This document shows, in pieces, positions 38,846 through 48,883 of a DNA stretch of 64,000 bases; positions within the stretch are counted from its first letter, which is position 1, and the number at the start of each line of letters is the position of its first letter. The notes beneath the pieces were generated by a model. That model ran no database searches and was not told the origin of the DNA. It saw only the letters and a program-made list of their open reading frames with translations. The translations under genes and the position numbers were made by a program. The stretch is from an uncultured Thermodesulfatator sp. Its GTDB lineage: Bacteria; Desulfobacterota; Thermodesulfobacteria; Thermodesulfobacteriales; Thermodesulfobacteriaceae. The stretch lies in NCBI GenBank assembly GCA_964410095.1, contig CAYPFL010000007.1, positions 10,952 through 74,951 of the forward strand, in the 5' to 3' direction.

Positions 38846-40050
38846 TCAGACAATTTTTTGATTCTATTTATTATCTGGGTAGTTGAAGTATTGTAAATAA
38901 ATTTTATCCTTTTCACTTTACCACCATAACTTTTTACAAAATTAGCTCCTACTATTTTATCTTCTTCCCAATCAGCTCCTTTTACTAAAAAATCAGGCTT
39001 AAGCACTTTTATAAGTTTTTCAGGTGTTTCTTCATCAAAAAATACAATATAATCTACACATTCTAAACCCGCTAAAACCTTAGCTCTAAATTCTTGAGAA
39101 TTGATTGGTCTTGATGAACCTTTAATTTTTTTTATAGAATTATCTGTATTTAATCCAATTACAAGAAAATCCCCAAAGTTCCTTGCTTTTTCCAAATAAT
39201 CTACATGTCCAGCATGTAAAATATCAAAACATCCGTTTGTAAATACCATTTTTTGTCCTTTTTTTCTTCTTTTTTCAACAATTGGCAATAGTTCTTCCAA
39301 AGTTTTTACTTTGTTATTTGTAAAATATGGTGTTTTTAAAGGATACGGAATATTAAAAAAATTTGTTGTAATTTCACATTCTATTAAAGTTTCTTTTTCA
39401 GGAATAATTTTTATAATCTCCCCAGAAGGTGAAATTATACAGCTATTTCCTCCTAAAACGATGTCTTTAAATTTTCCTATAGCATTTACTCCTATTACAT
39501 ATACTTGATTTTCAATAGCTCTTGCCTTAAGTAAAGTTTTCCAGTGTTCAATCCTTTCTAAAGGCCATTGAGCAAGGACAATTAAAAGCTCAGCCCCATT
39601 TTTTATAAAAAATCTTGCGATCTCTGGACTTCTTAATTCGAAACAAATTAGTATCCCGGCTCTGATATTATTTAAATAAATAATCTCTTTTTGATTACCT
39701 TCTTCAAAAATGTCATCCAATTGAGGAAAAAGTAATTTTTTTTCTGAAATTACTTTTATTTCTTGGGGACTAATCCAAATTACAGAATTATAAATCTTTC
39801 CATCTTTTAAAATAGGAACCCCAATAAAAAGATGTTTCTTTAAAAAAATTACATCTTTTTGAAATTCATTTACTGCCTCTTCAATTTTCTTAAAATCGAA
39901 ATTTTCTTTTTTTATTTGGTATCCTGTTAAAGATAATTCCGGAAAAAAGACAAAATCCCCTTTAGCATCATATAAAAATTCTTTAATTTTTTTTAGATTC
40001 TTTTCTAAATCTGATGAAATTTCTATTTGAGCTAAACTTATTTTTATCAT
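38842..40050 (-). CDS. fusion: carbon-nitrogen hydrolase + ADP-heptose synthase adenylyltransferase (RfaE2/HldE C-domain)
   Basis: N-part FPEL..GY, KKLLF, ICFELR (E-K-C triad). C-part TNGCFDILHAGH, GLNTD, KGADW, STT.II. Confidence 0.85.
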   Translation of the reverse strand: MIKISLAQIEISSDLEKNLKKIKEFLYDAKGDFVFFPELSLTGYQIKKENFDFKKIEEAVNEFQKDVIFLKKHLFIGVPILKDGKIYNSVIWISPQEIKVISEKKLLFPQLDDIFEEGNQKEIIYLNNIRAGILICFELRSPEIARFFIKNGAELLIVLAQWPLERIEHWKTLLKARAIENQVYVIGVNAIGKFKDIVLGGNSCIISPSGEIIKIIPEKETLIECEITTNFFNIPYPLKTPYFTNNKVKTLEELLPIVEKRRKKGQKMVFTNGCFDILHAGHVDYLEKARNFGDFLVIGLNTDNSIKKIKGSSRPINSQEFRAKVLAGLECVDYIVFFDEETPEKLIKVLKPDFLVKGADWEEDKIVGANFVKSYGGKVKRIKFIYNTSTTQIINRIKKLSD

Positions 40051-40066
40051 GTTTTTTTTAAAATAA

Positions 40067-40765
40067 TTAACTTTTAGCTAATGCACAAACATAAACTTTT
40101 TCAGCACCAGCTAATTTTAAAGCTTTTGCAGCTTCGTTAACAGTTGCTCCTGTAGTTATTACATCATCTATAAGAAGAATTGTTTTTTTATTTAGTGAAG
40201 AATAAGATTTAAATGCATTTTTTACATTTTTCCATCTTTCTTTTTTAGAAAGTCTTGTTTGTGGAAGAGTATCTTTTATTTTAACAAGTATAGAAGGTGA
40301 AAATTTTTTATCTGTTAATCCTGCATAAATTAAAAAACTTTGATTATATCCCCTTTCTCCGGATCTTTTTTTTGAAAGAGGTAAAGGGATTATATAATCA
40401 ACATCTGGTAAAAGATTCTTTATAACTTTTCTTAAAAGTTTACCTAATTCAAAAGCCAATACAAAGTTTTCGTGAAATTTGGCTTCTAAAATCCAGTTAC
40501 TAACGGGTTCTTTATAATAAAATCCAATAAATACTTCATCAAAATATAATTTTTTTTGAAAGCAATTAGAACAAAAACTGACTCTTTGTTTTTTATCTCT
40601 TAACCCTTCTATAGGAGTCCCGCATTTTTTACAATAAGCATTTAAAAAAGGAAGTTTTTCATAACAATTTTCACATATAAGTACCTCATGATGTTTAAGA
40701 GGTTTATTGCAGATTTTACAAAATGAAGGAAAAACCAAATTTAAGATTTTATTTAACCATTTCAC
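40067..40765 (-). CDS. comF: ComF-family phosphoribosyltransferase
   Basis: N-terminal Cys pairs, RGYNQS, LIDDVITTGAT. Confidence 0.88.
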   Translation of the reverse strand: MKWLNKILNLVFPSFCKICNKPLKHHEVLICENCYEKLPFLNAYCKKCGTPIEGLRDKKQRVSFCSNCFQKKLYFDEVFIGFYYKEPVSNWILEAKFHENFVLAFELGKLLRKVIKNLLPDVDYIIPLPLSKKRSGERGYNQSFLIYAGLTDKKFSPSILVKIKDTLPQTRLSKKERWKNVKNAFKSYSSLNKKTILLIDDVITTGATVNEAAKALKLAGAEKVYVCALAKS

Positions 40766-41888
40766 CTTTTATCTTTATTAATTCAAGAATGAGTTTTATT
40801 GCTTTGATTAATTCTTTTAATTCTATGTATTCCTCGGTTGTATGAACTTTCTGCATCCCTGTACCTAACATTAGACATTTAAGTCCCTTTTCATTGAATA
40901 CATTGGCATCCGATGCCCCCTCTTTTCTTTTAAAATAAATATTTAAACCTATTCTTTCTCCTGCTTTTTTTACCCAAACACACATAGGATCCGAAGGAGG
41001 TATGTAAAAGGATTGAAATACTTTTTTAAATTCAGCATTAGCTTTAGGTAAATTTTCTAATTTTTGTGGATAATTTTTTATAACTTCATCAACAGTATCC
41101 ATTAACAATTTCTTAAGTTTTTCTAATTTTTCTTCATTATGGCTACGCATTTCACCTTCTATAATGGTTTTTTCAGGAACAATATTTACATATTCCCCAC
41201 CATTAATTATTCCTATATTAGAAGTTGTTTCCTCATCCAATCTTCCACAGGGTAATTTTGAAAGAATTTTTGAGGCAATATGAATAGAATTTATCCCCTT
41301 TTCTGGTTCAAGTCCTGCATGAGCAGATTTACCTATTATTTCTAATTTATATTGATATGAAGATGGCGCCCCATTAATCACCTCTTCTGGTAACTCACTA
41401 TCCAATATAAAACCTTCTTTGCTTTCAATTAAATTCATATCCAAATATTTAGCCCCTAAAAGCCCTATTTCTTCACAAGTTGTAAAAATAAATTCCAAAG
41501 GAGGATGAGGGAAAGAATTTTCTTTAAGAATTTGAGCAATTTCTAATAATATAACAATTCCTGATTTATCATCAGCACCAAGAATTGTTCTTCCGTCACT
41601 TCTAAAAACTCCGTTTTCAAAAATAATTTTGGGATTTTCATAAGGACCAACAGTATCCATATGAGCATTGAAAAAAATCGGTTCAGAAGAAATAGTTCCT
41701 GGAATTTTAACTATAAGATTCCCTACCTCAGAACCGGTTTTTTCTGAAGAATTATCAAAAAAATATTCATATCCTGTTTTTTTAAAAAAATCCGATAAAT
41801 AAGAAGCTATTTCTCCTTCTTTTTTAGATGGACTTTCAATATTTAAAAGATTCAAAAATTCTTTTATAACCCTTTCAGTATTTATCAT
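40749..41888 (-). CDS. M20-family peptidase (peptidase T-like)
   Basis: AHMDTV, LGADDK, EEIGL, AHAG, SDAN, HTTEE. Confidence 0.9.
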   Translation of the reverse strand: MINTERVIKEFLNLLNIESPSKKEGEIASYLSDFFKKTGYEYFFDNSSEKTGSEVGNLIVKIPGTISSEPIFFNAHMDTVGPYENPKIIFENGVFRSDGRTILGADDKSGIVILLEIAQILKENSFPHPPLEFIFTTCEEIGLLGAKYLDMNLIESKEGFILDSELPEEVINGAPSSYQYKLEIIGKSAHAGLEPEKGINSIHIASKILSKLPCGRLDEETTSNIGIINGGEYVNIVPEKTIIEGEMRSHNEEKLEKLKKLLMDTVDEVIKNYPQKLENLPKANAEFKKVFQSFYIPPSDPMCVWVKKAGERIGLNIYFKRKEGASDANVFNEKGLKCLMLGTGMQKVHTTEEYIELKELIKAIKLILELIKIKGEMVK

Positions 41889-41912
41889 TTTAATAAATCC
41901 GGTTTTAAAAAT

Positions 41913-42185
41913 TTAATATCTGATTTTAAAATCAGTAAATTCACCTTTATAATCCTCTTCAAAGACTTCAACTTTATCCACTTGTGCCAAGGGTGAGCCT
42001 TTATGACACCATTTTATCATTTCTTCTACTGCTTTATCTTCTCCTTCAAAAAGAGCTTCCACTCTTCCATCTGGTAAATTCCTAACCCAACCTTTTATCC
42101 CAAGCTTTTGTGCCTCTTCTTTCGTATAAGCTCTAAACCATACTCCTTGAACTATACCTGATATTAATACCCTTACCCTTCTCAT
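41913..42185 (-). CDS. acyP: acylphosphatase
   Basis: GIVQGVWFR, GWVRN, GSP.A.V. Confidence 0.95.
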   Translation of the reverse strand: MRRVRVLISGIVQGVWFRAYTKEEAQKLGIKGWVRNLPDGRVEALFEGEDKAVEEMIKWCHKGSPLAQVDKVEVFEEDYKGEFTDFKIRY

Positions 42186-42250
42186 CCTTTATTCCCTCCA
42201 AAAAGCTTATTAGAAATGAAATTATTAAGTTTTGACAAAATGTCAAGTTT

Positions 42251-44605
42251 TTACCTTTGTTTTATTATTGCATATTTTTCCAAAAAATTTTCTATTCTTA
42301 TTTTTTCTTTAAAAAATTTAGATATTGAAAAATTTTTTTTATTGATAATTAATTGATAATAATCTTTTTTATTTTCAAGTATTATTCCCTCTTCAAAATT
42401 TTTTTCTTGAAAATTTTTTAAATATTTTTCCGCAAGAGAATCTTTTGGATAAATATTAAGTTTTATCATTTTTTTAAAAAATTCAGGTTTTTCATATTTC
42501 TCTATTACATCAATTATTTTTATACCTCTGTAAATCTCTAATCCTAACAACCTTTTAGCCAGCCCTTTTTTATACATAGCAATACCTATACTTTCTCCCT
42601 CTGATTCAATTCCCACAGGCAAAGCCGGACCTAAAACTATTTTAGGATGAGGATGAAACCCGGATGTATAAACTAAAGGAAATTCTAATTTCTCAAGAAT
42701 TAATAAAATTAAACGAATTGTTTCTAATTGAGAAAGAAAAATTGCTTTTTCTTTTTTTGTATAAACTATCTCATACCATATCTCTTTTAACTGAGTATCT
42801 GAGATTTTTTTATCATTTTCAGTTTTTATTTTTTTGCCTTTTTCCGATTTCTTTTTTACTAAAATATTTTTTATTTCTTTATAACAAACTCCACATTTAC
42901 TACATTTTTCAAATCTACAATCTTTTGTAACTTGAGCTTTATAAGCTTTTTCTCTTTCTTTTAAAAGATATTCTTTTTTTACTCTTAAATCTATATGATC
43001 CCAGGGAAGTTTTTCATTTATATCTCTTTCTCTTAGATAATCTTTTAAATTAATACCAAGCTTTTCTGCAGTATCTTTCCATATTTCATACTTAAAATAT
43101 TCCTTCCAGCTATCAAGTCTTGCTCCATTTTTGTATACTTCAATTATAAGATTTATAAGCTGTCTATCTCCCCGTGAAATCACACCTTCTAAAAAGCTTT
43201 GTTCAGGTTTATGATATTTGAACACTCTTTTTTTAAAAAAATTTTTTAAATATTTAATTTTTTCATAAGTTTCTTCTAAATCTATTTGCCTTTCCCATTG
43301 AAATGGGGTATGAGGCTTGGGAATAAATGTTGAGACAGATACTATAATATGCATACCTGGTAAAAATCTTTTAATTTCTTTATAAAGATTTACAATTCCT
43401 TTTAAATCTTCTTCGGTTTCTGTTGGAAGACCTATCATAAAATAAAGTTTAGCTCTTTTCCACCCCTCCTTCCAAGCAACTTCAAGATCTTTTATAAGAA
43501 GATCTATATCTATATCTTTGTTAATTACTTTTCTTAATCTTTCAGTTCCTGCTTCTGGAGCAAAAGTAAGTCCTGTTTTTCTTCCTAATTTAATAAAATT
43601 AAGAATCTCTTCATTAATACTTCCTACCCTTAAAGAAGGTAAAGAAAAAGCATATTTTCGAAAAATTTGAGTAGAATAAAATTCCTTTTTTAATTCGGCA
43701 ATTAACTCATTCAAAGCTGAATAATCCCCTATGGAAAGACTCATTAAAGATGCTTCGGTATATCCTGTAGTTTTAAAATTTTCTTTTATCTGTTCTAAAA
43801 TATCATTTATTTTTTTTTCTCTTACTGGACGATAATAAAAGCTTGCTTCACAAAACCTGCAGCCTCTTGTACAGCCTCTTGAAACTTCTAAAGGTATTCT
43901 ATCGTGAGAAAGTTGTATTACTGGGATACCGAAGTTCCATCGAAATTTGCTTAAATCAATAACTATTCTCTTTTTTACTCTATTCTTTAATATAGGAACA
44001 TAAACTCCTTCAATTTTTGCTAATTCTTTCCATAAAGTTTCTTTATCTTCTTTTTGTTTTTTCCATTCCTTGATTATTTTTAATATCTCAAAAATTACCT
44101 CTTCTCCATCTCCAATAACTATAGCATCATAAATTTCTGCTATAGGTTCCGGATTTCCACAACTCGGTCCACCTCCCAAAATTATTGGATATTCTTTTTC
44201 TCTTTCAATTGTTTTAAAGGGTATATGCGAAAGCTCCAGTATGTTTAATATACCTGTAACAGAAAGTTCATAAGCATAAGTAATTCCTAATACATCAAAT
44301 TCTTTAAGAGGTTTTCTATAATTAAAGCTTAAAAGAGGAATTGAGTTTCTTTTTAATTCATTTTCAAAATCAGGAGCTACAGCAAAAACAAAATCTGCTA
44401 AATAATCTGGATGTTTATTAATTAAATAACTTAAAATATTAATACCTAAATGAGATCTTCCTATTTCATATAGATCTGGATATCCTATACATACTTTAAG
44501 TTTTACCTCTTCCCAATTTTTCTTAGGAAAAAAGGGCTCCTCACCTATATACCTTGACGGCTTTTTAACTTTAAATAAAATCTCTAAAGGATAATCTTTA
44601 TTCAT
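42251..44605 (-). CDS. TIGR03960-type radical SAM protein fused to a DUF2344-like domain
   Basis: KPSRY, PDLYEIG, RGCTRGCRFC, FIPKPHTPFQW, C-terminal GFHPHPK...ALPVG. Confidence 0.88.
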   Translation of the reverse strand: MNKDYPLEILFKVKKPSRYIGEEPFFPKKNWEEVKLKVCIGYPDLYEIGRSHLGINILSYLINKHPDYLADFVFAVAPDFENELKRNSIPLLSFNYRKPLKEFDVLGITYAYELSVTGILNILELSHIPFKTIEREKEYPIILGGGPSCGNPEPIAEIYDAIVIGDGEEVIFEILKIIKEWKKQKEDKETLWKELAKIEGVYVPILKNRVKKRIVIDLSKFRWNFGIPVIQLSHDRIPLEVSRGCTRGCRFCEASFYYRPVREKKINDILEQIKENFKTTGYTEASLMSLSIGDYSALNELIAELKKEFYSTQIFRKYAFSLPSLRVGSINEEILNFIKLGRKTGLTFAPEAGTERLRKVINKDIDIDLLIKDLEVAWKEGWKRAKLYFMIGLPTETEEDLKGIVNLYKEIKRFLPGMHIIVSVSTFIPKPHTPFQWERQIDLEETYEKIKYLKNFFKKRVFKYHKPEQSFLEGVISRGDRQLINLIIEVYKNGARLDSWKEYFKYEIWKDTAEKLGINLKDYLRERDINEKLPWDHIDLRVKKEYLLKEREKAYKAQVTKDCRFEKCSKCGVCYKEIKNILVKKKSEKGKKIKTENDKKISDTQLKEIWYEIVYTKKEKAIFLSQLETIRLILLILEKLEFPLVYTSGFHPHPKIVLGPALPVGIESEGESIGIAMYKKGLAKRLLGLEIYRGIKIIDVIEKYEKPEFFKKMIKLNIYPKDSLAEKYLKNFQEKNFEEGIILENKKDYYQLIINKKNFSISKFFKEKIRIENFLEKYAIIKQR

Positions 44606-44613
44606 TAGCTATC

Positions 44614-44642
44614 AATTTATCAGATGTTTTACTTTTTAGGAA
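44614..44642 (-). promoter_or_regulatory. extended -10 promoter of a probably leaderless radical SAM gene
   Basis: TG-a-TAAATT(44619-14), 8 nt to ATG 44605; only 18 bp separate the two divergent start codons. Confidence 0.5.
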
Positions 44643-45310
44643 TAGATATAGGTGGTAAAAATAATACATGGATTGTAACACTAAAAAAAGAAGAAAAATA
44701 TATTTCTTTAGAACCTCTGTTTTCCCTTGAAAATCCTTCAAACCCTTCTCCTTTTAGAGATTTATCAAAATTAATAGAATTTGTTAAAAACTTTAATGTT
44801 CTTGGAGCAGGAATTGATGCTCCTTTAAGTTTTTCTTTAACTAATCCACATGGATTTAGAAAATCTGATGAGGAATTAAAAACATTGCTTGCATCTTTTA
44901 ATGCTCCAAGAACATGGGTTGTATCTTATCATAGCTTAATGGCAATTCCTATAAGAGCTTTTCTTCTTGCTGAAGCATTATCCCCCTATTGTGGAAGTAT
45001 AATAGAAACTCATCCAAGAGCAAATTTATACTTTTGTTTACCCGAGGAAAAAAGAAAAATAGCTTATATTTATAAGAAAAAAGGTAGTGTTATACCCAAA
45101 GAAGAGCAAAAATTTTTAATTTCCTGGATTCAACAAAAATTTCAGATCTCTTTACCTTCTGATTTAAATTTTGTAGATGGGATTTTAGATGCTATTTTTT
45201 GTGCAATTGCAGTTCTTTTATATCATATTTCTCCTGAAAGGCTAAAAATTTTGTCAAAAAAGGAAAAAAATCTTAAAGGCTATGGACCTTTTGTTATAGT
45301 AATTTTTTAA
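44624..45310 (+). CDS. DUF429-family protein
   Basis: LGIDIGG, GIDAPLS, IETHP, DAIFCA. Confidence 0.75.
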   Translation: MFYFLGIDIGGKNNTWIVTLKKEEKYISLEPLFSLENPSNPSPFRDLSKLIEFVKNFNVLGAGIDAPLSFSLTNPHGFRKSDEELKTLLASFNAPRTWVVSYHSLMAIPIRAFLLAEALSPYCGSIIETHPRANLYFCLPEEKRKIAYIYKKKGSVIPKEEQKFLISWIQQKFQISLPSDLNFVDGILDAIFCAIAVLLYHISPERLKILSKKEKNLKGYGPFVIVIF

Positions 45311-45392
45311 TCCTCTTAAAAATAAAATTCTCTTTTATTTTTTAAAAAAGAAAGTAAAATTTAAAGAGAATTTTTAAAAAGGAGATTTTATT

Positions 45393-46424
45393 ATGTTTTC
45401 TAAAATTTTAAGTAAATTTTCAAAAGATTTAGCTATAGATTTAGGAACAGCAAATACACTTATTTATCTTAAAGGTAGAGGTATTATCTTAAACGAGCCT
45501 TCAGTAGTAGCAATAAAAGACAGCGGATTATACAAAAAGATTCTTGCTGTGGGAGAAGAAGCAAAAAAAATGATAGGAAGGACTCCGGGAATAATAAAAG
45601 CTATCCGACCTTTAAGAGAAGGAGTGATAGCTGATTTTGAAGTAACAGAAGCTATGATCAGATATTTTATTCAAAAAGTACATAATCGAGGCTATTTAGT
45701 AAAGCCAAGAATTATAATTAGTGTACCAACTGGGACAACTCAAGTAGAAAGAAGAGCAGTTAAAGAAAGTGCTGAAAGTGCTGGAGCAAGAGAAGTTTAT
45801 CTTATTGAAGAACCTATGGCTGCTGCAATAGGTGCAGGGCTTCCGATTACTGAACCTGTGGCAAGTATGATTGTAGATATAGGAGGGGGCACTACAGAAG
45901 TAGCTGTTATTTCCTTAGGTGGAATAGTTGTCAGCCATTCTATTAAAATTGCAGGAGATAAAATTGATGAAGCTATTTTACAGCATATAAAAAGAAAATA
46001 TAATCTACTTATTGGTGAATCTACTGCAGAACAGATAAAAATTCAGATAGGGAATGTTAAACCTGAAGAACCTTATGAAACTATGGAAATAAAAGGTAGA
46101 GATCTTGTTACAGGAATTCCAAAAACAATAACTATTTCCTCTAAAGAAGTCCAAGAAGCTATTAAAGAACCTATAGGAGCAATTATTCAAGTTATAAAGG
46201 ATGTATTAGAAGAGACACCACCCGAATTGTCAGCAGATATTGTAGATACTGGAATAAGCCTTTCAGGGGGAGGGGCACTTTTGAAGAATTTAGATAAATT
46301 AATAGAAGAGGAAACAAAATTACCTGTTAAAATTGTTGAAGATCCATTAAGTTGCGTAGCCCTTGGAGCAGGTAAAGCCCTTGAAGAAATCGATAGATTA
46401 AAAGAAATAATGATTAATGTTTAA
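45393..46424 (+). CDS. mreB: rod shape-determining protein MreB
   Basis: IDLGTANT, EPMAAAIG, DIGGGT, SGGGALL. Confidence 0.97.
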   Translation: MFSKILSKFSKDLAIDLGTANTLIYLKGRGIILNEPSVVAIKDSGLYKKILAVGEEAKKMIGRTPGIIKAIRPLREGVIADFEVTEAMIRYFIQKVHNRGYLVKPRIIISVPTGTTQVERRAVKESAESAGAREVYLIEEPMAAAIGAGLPITEPVASMIVDIGGGTTEVAVISLGGIVVSHSIKIAGDKIDEAILQHIKRKYNLLIGESTAEQIKIQIGNVKPEEPYETMEIKGRDLVTGIPKTITISSKEVQEAIKEPIGAIIQVIKDVLEETPPELSADIVDTGISLSGGGALLKNLDKLIEEETKLPVKIVEDPLSCVALGAGKALEEIDRLKEIMINV

Positions 46425-47031
46425 ATAAACGATAATAATAAAGAACAGATTTTACATAATTCTGTGTTTCTTTAAATGGTGGAATTCCTTTATAGGTTTT
46501 TACTACTCCTGGACCTGCATTATAGGCTGCTAAACTCTTTTCAAGATCTTTGAATTCATCAAGAAGTAATTTCAAATAACGTGCCCCTCCATGGATATTT
46601 TCTATAGGATCAAAGGGATTTTTTACTCCTACAAGTTCTGCAGTCGAAGGAAGTAATTGCATAATTCCTATCGCACCTTTTGGAGAAATTGCAAAAGGAT
46701 TAAAATTAGATTCCACTTTAGCAATTGCCTTAAGAAGCGCAGGATCTAAATTATAATTTTTGGCTACTTCTTCAAATATAGGGTCGTATTTCTTTAAATT
46801 TATTGATGTGGTAAATATTTCTCCGATATTTGCATACTTAATAGGAACTCTAAGATAAAGTTTATATGCACTGTTTAAAGGAATATTAGAAAATATCTTT
46901 CCCCCTGTAACTGGATCTATATAAAGATAAATATCTGTAGCAAATACATTTACTTCTAAAAAGATAAAATAAATAAAAATTATGTAAAAAATCAGTTTTA
47001 TTGATTCTTTTTTAAAAACTCCTGAATACAT
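46414..47031 (-). CDS. soluble lytic transglycosylase
   Basis: AKVESNF, GAIGIMQL, AAYNAG, ETQNYV; N-terminal signal/TM. Confidence 0.9.
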   Translation of the reverse strand: MYSGVFKKESIKLIFYIIFIYFIFLEVNVFATDIYLYIDPVTGGKIFSNIPLNSAYKLYLRVPIKYANIGEIFTTSINLKKYDPIFEEVAKNYNLDPALLKAIAKVESNFNPFAISPKGAIGIMQLLPSTAELVGVKNPFDPIENIHGGARYLKLLLDEFKDLEKSLAAYNAGPGVVKTYKGIPPFKETQNYVKSVLYYYRLFKH

Positions 47032-47201
47032 TTTTCAGAACAAAAATAATATTCTTTACCATTTATTTCCAATTTTATTGCTGAATTTTTGTTTATATAT
47101 TTACCACAATTTTCATCTAAAACCATTTCTGTAATATTTTTCTTTTTTGTAAAATACCAATAAATTAAAATCCCTATTAATATCCAAAAAATGAATTTCA
47201 T
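46998..47201 (-). CDS. small membrane-anchored YHS/TRASH-domain protein
   Basis: TM helix, then D..CG.Y...YYFCSEKC. Confidence 0.75.
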   Translation of the reverse strand: MKFIFWILIGILIYWYFTKKKNITEMVLDENCGKYINKNSAIKLEINGKEYYFCSEKCIQEFLKKNQ

Positions 47202-47711
47202 TTATTTTAGTGTAGTATATTTATGAATTTCTTGCAAATTCAAGACATGTTTAAATTTTTCATAAAGCTCATTTAAAGTCAAATTAAATTTAGGATGAAT
47301 CCAAGAAGGAGCAATTTCTAAAGCTGGTTTCATTACAAATGCTCTTAAATGAAATAGAGGATGAGGGATTGATAAAATATCGGTTTGAAAAATTAGATTT
47401 TCGTAAAGTATAATATCTATATCTATTTTCCTATCTTTATATTCCTTCCTCTGTATATAAATTTTTCTTCCAAGTAAAGCTTCTATTTTTTTTATTTCAA
47501 AAAGTAAAGATAATGGAGAAAGCGATGTTTCTCCTAATACACATAAATTAAGAAACTCTTTTGAAGAACTAAATCCCCATGGAGCACTTCTATAAATTGA
47601 AGAAACTTTTTTTATTTTAAAAGGAATTTTTTCAAGATAAAAAAGAGCCCTTTTAAGATATTTTTCTTTATTTCCTAAATTACTACCTAAACTTAAAAAA
47701 ACCTTTTTTAA
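47202..47711 (-). CDS. folK: HPPK (FolK), start codon non-canonical or mutated
   Basis: Hand translation (absent from the track): KKVFLSLGSNLG...FLN...E..LGR...RKIDIDII...IPHP..HLRAFV..P..EIAP...HP*. The frame is intact but has no ATG/GTG/TTG before the conserved N-terminus. Confidence 0.85.
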   Translation of the reverse strand, partial: LKKVFLSLGSNLGNKEKYLKRALFYLEKIPFKIKKVSSIYRSAPWGFSSSKEFLNLCVLGETSLSPLSLLFEIKKIEALLGRKIYIQRKEYKDRKIDIDIILYENLIFQTDILSIPHPLFHLRAFVMKPALEIAPSWIHPKFNLTLNELYEKFKHVLNLQEIHKYTTLK

Positions 47712-48865
47712 AGTTTGAGGCTGGAAAATCTTTTGATAGCCTCTTTTAATCTTTCCTCTCCCACAGTTAAAGCTATTCTAAAATATCCTTCTCCAGATGG
47801 ACCAAACCCTATGCCAGGAGTTACTACAATTCCAGCTTCTTGTAAAAGCTTTTTACAAAATTCCTGAGAAGGCATGCCATTAGGAGTTTTTACCCATAGA
47901 TAAAATGTTGCAGAGGGTAATTTAAATTCATAACCAAGTTTTTTTAACCCATCTGCCAAAATATCTCTCCTTTTTTTAAAAATTTCTCTGCGAGAAGGTA
48001 CAAGATTTTCTATATTTTGCAAGGCATAAGTTCCTGCATCCTGAATAGCATTAAATACTCCAGAATCTATATTACTTTTGACTTTAACAAGAGCTGAAAT
48101 AAGCTCCCTATTACCTACTGCAAAACCTAATCTCCAGCCTGTCATACAAAAAGTTTTGGAATGACTATGGAATTCAATTGCTACATCTTTTGCTCCATCT
48201 ATTTCAAAAATGCTTATAGGTGGAGTATCAAAATAAAGTTCTACATAAGCTGCATCATGAGCTACTATAAGATTATATTTTTTAGCAAATTTTATTACTT
48301 CTTTAAAACACTCCTTTGTAGCAGTTGCACTTGTTGGATTATTAGGATAATTCAACCATAAAATTTTAGCTTTTTCTACTATATCTTGGGGAATTTTACC
48401 TAAATCTGGAAAAAAATCATTTTCCCATGTAAGAGGCATAAAATATGGAATCCCGTCAGTAAATATTGTACCTAAACGATACACAGGATAGGCAGGTTCA
48501 GGGCATAAAACAATATCTCCAGGATTAATAAAACCTATAGGGAAATGAGCTATACCTTCTTTAGAACCGATAAGTGCTGTGATTTCTGTTTCTGGATCGA
48601 AAGATATACCAAATCTTTTTTTCATATATTCAGCACAAGCTTTTCTGAAGGCTAATTTACCTTTATTAGATGGATATCTATGATTTTCAGAATTTTCTAA
48701 AGCTTTTTTTGCTATTTCTACAATTTCAGGAGGGGTAGGAAGATCTGGATCCCCTACCCCTAAATCAATCACATCTACACCTTCTTTTATTTTTTCATTT
48801 TTTAATCTATCAATTTCTACAAAAAGATATGGAGGAAGTCTTTTCAGTTTCTCAGATAATTCCAT
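47708..48865 (-). CDS. dapL: LL-diaminopimelate aminotransferase
   Basis: LPPYLF, GVGDPD, NYPNNPT, HDAAY, SHSKTFCMTGWRLG. Confidence 0.85.
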   Translation of the reverse strand: MELSEKLKRLPPYLFVEIDRLKNEKIKEGVDVIDLGVGDPDLPTPPEIVEIAKKALENSENHRYPSNKGKLAFRKACAEYMKKRFGISFDPETEITALIGSKEGIAHFPIGFINPGDIVLCPEPAYPVYRLGTIFTDGIPYFMPLTWENDFFPDLGKIPQDIVEKAKILWLNYPNNPTSATATKECFKEVIKFAKKYNLIVAHDAAYVELYFDTPPISIFEIDGAKDVAIEFHSHSKTFCMTGWRLGFAVGNRELISALVKVKSNIDSGVFNAIQDAGTYALQNIENLVPSRREIFKKRRDILADGLKKLGYEFKLPSATFYLWVKTPNGMPSQEFCKKLLQEAGIVVTPGIGFGPSGEGYFRIALTVGEERLKEAIKRFSSLKL

Positions 48866-48883
48866 TTTAAAATTCCTTAAATT

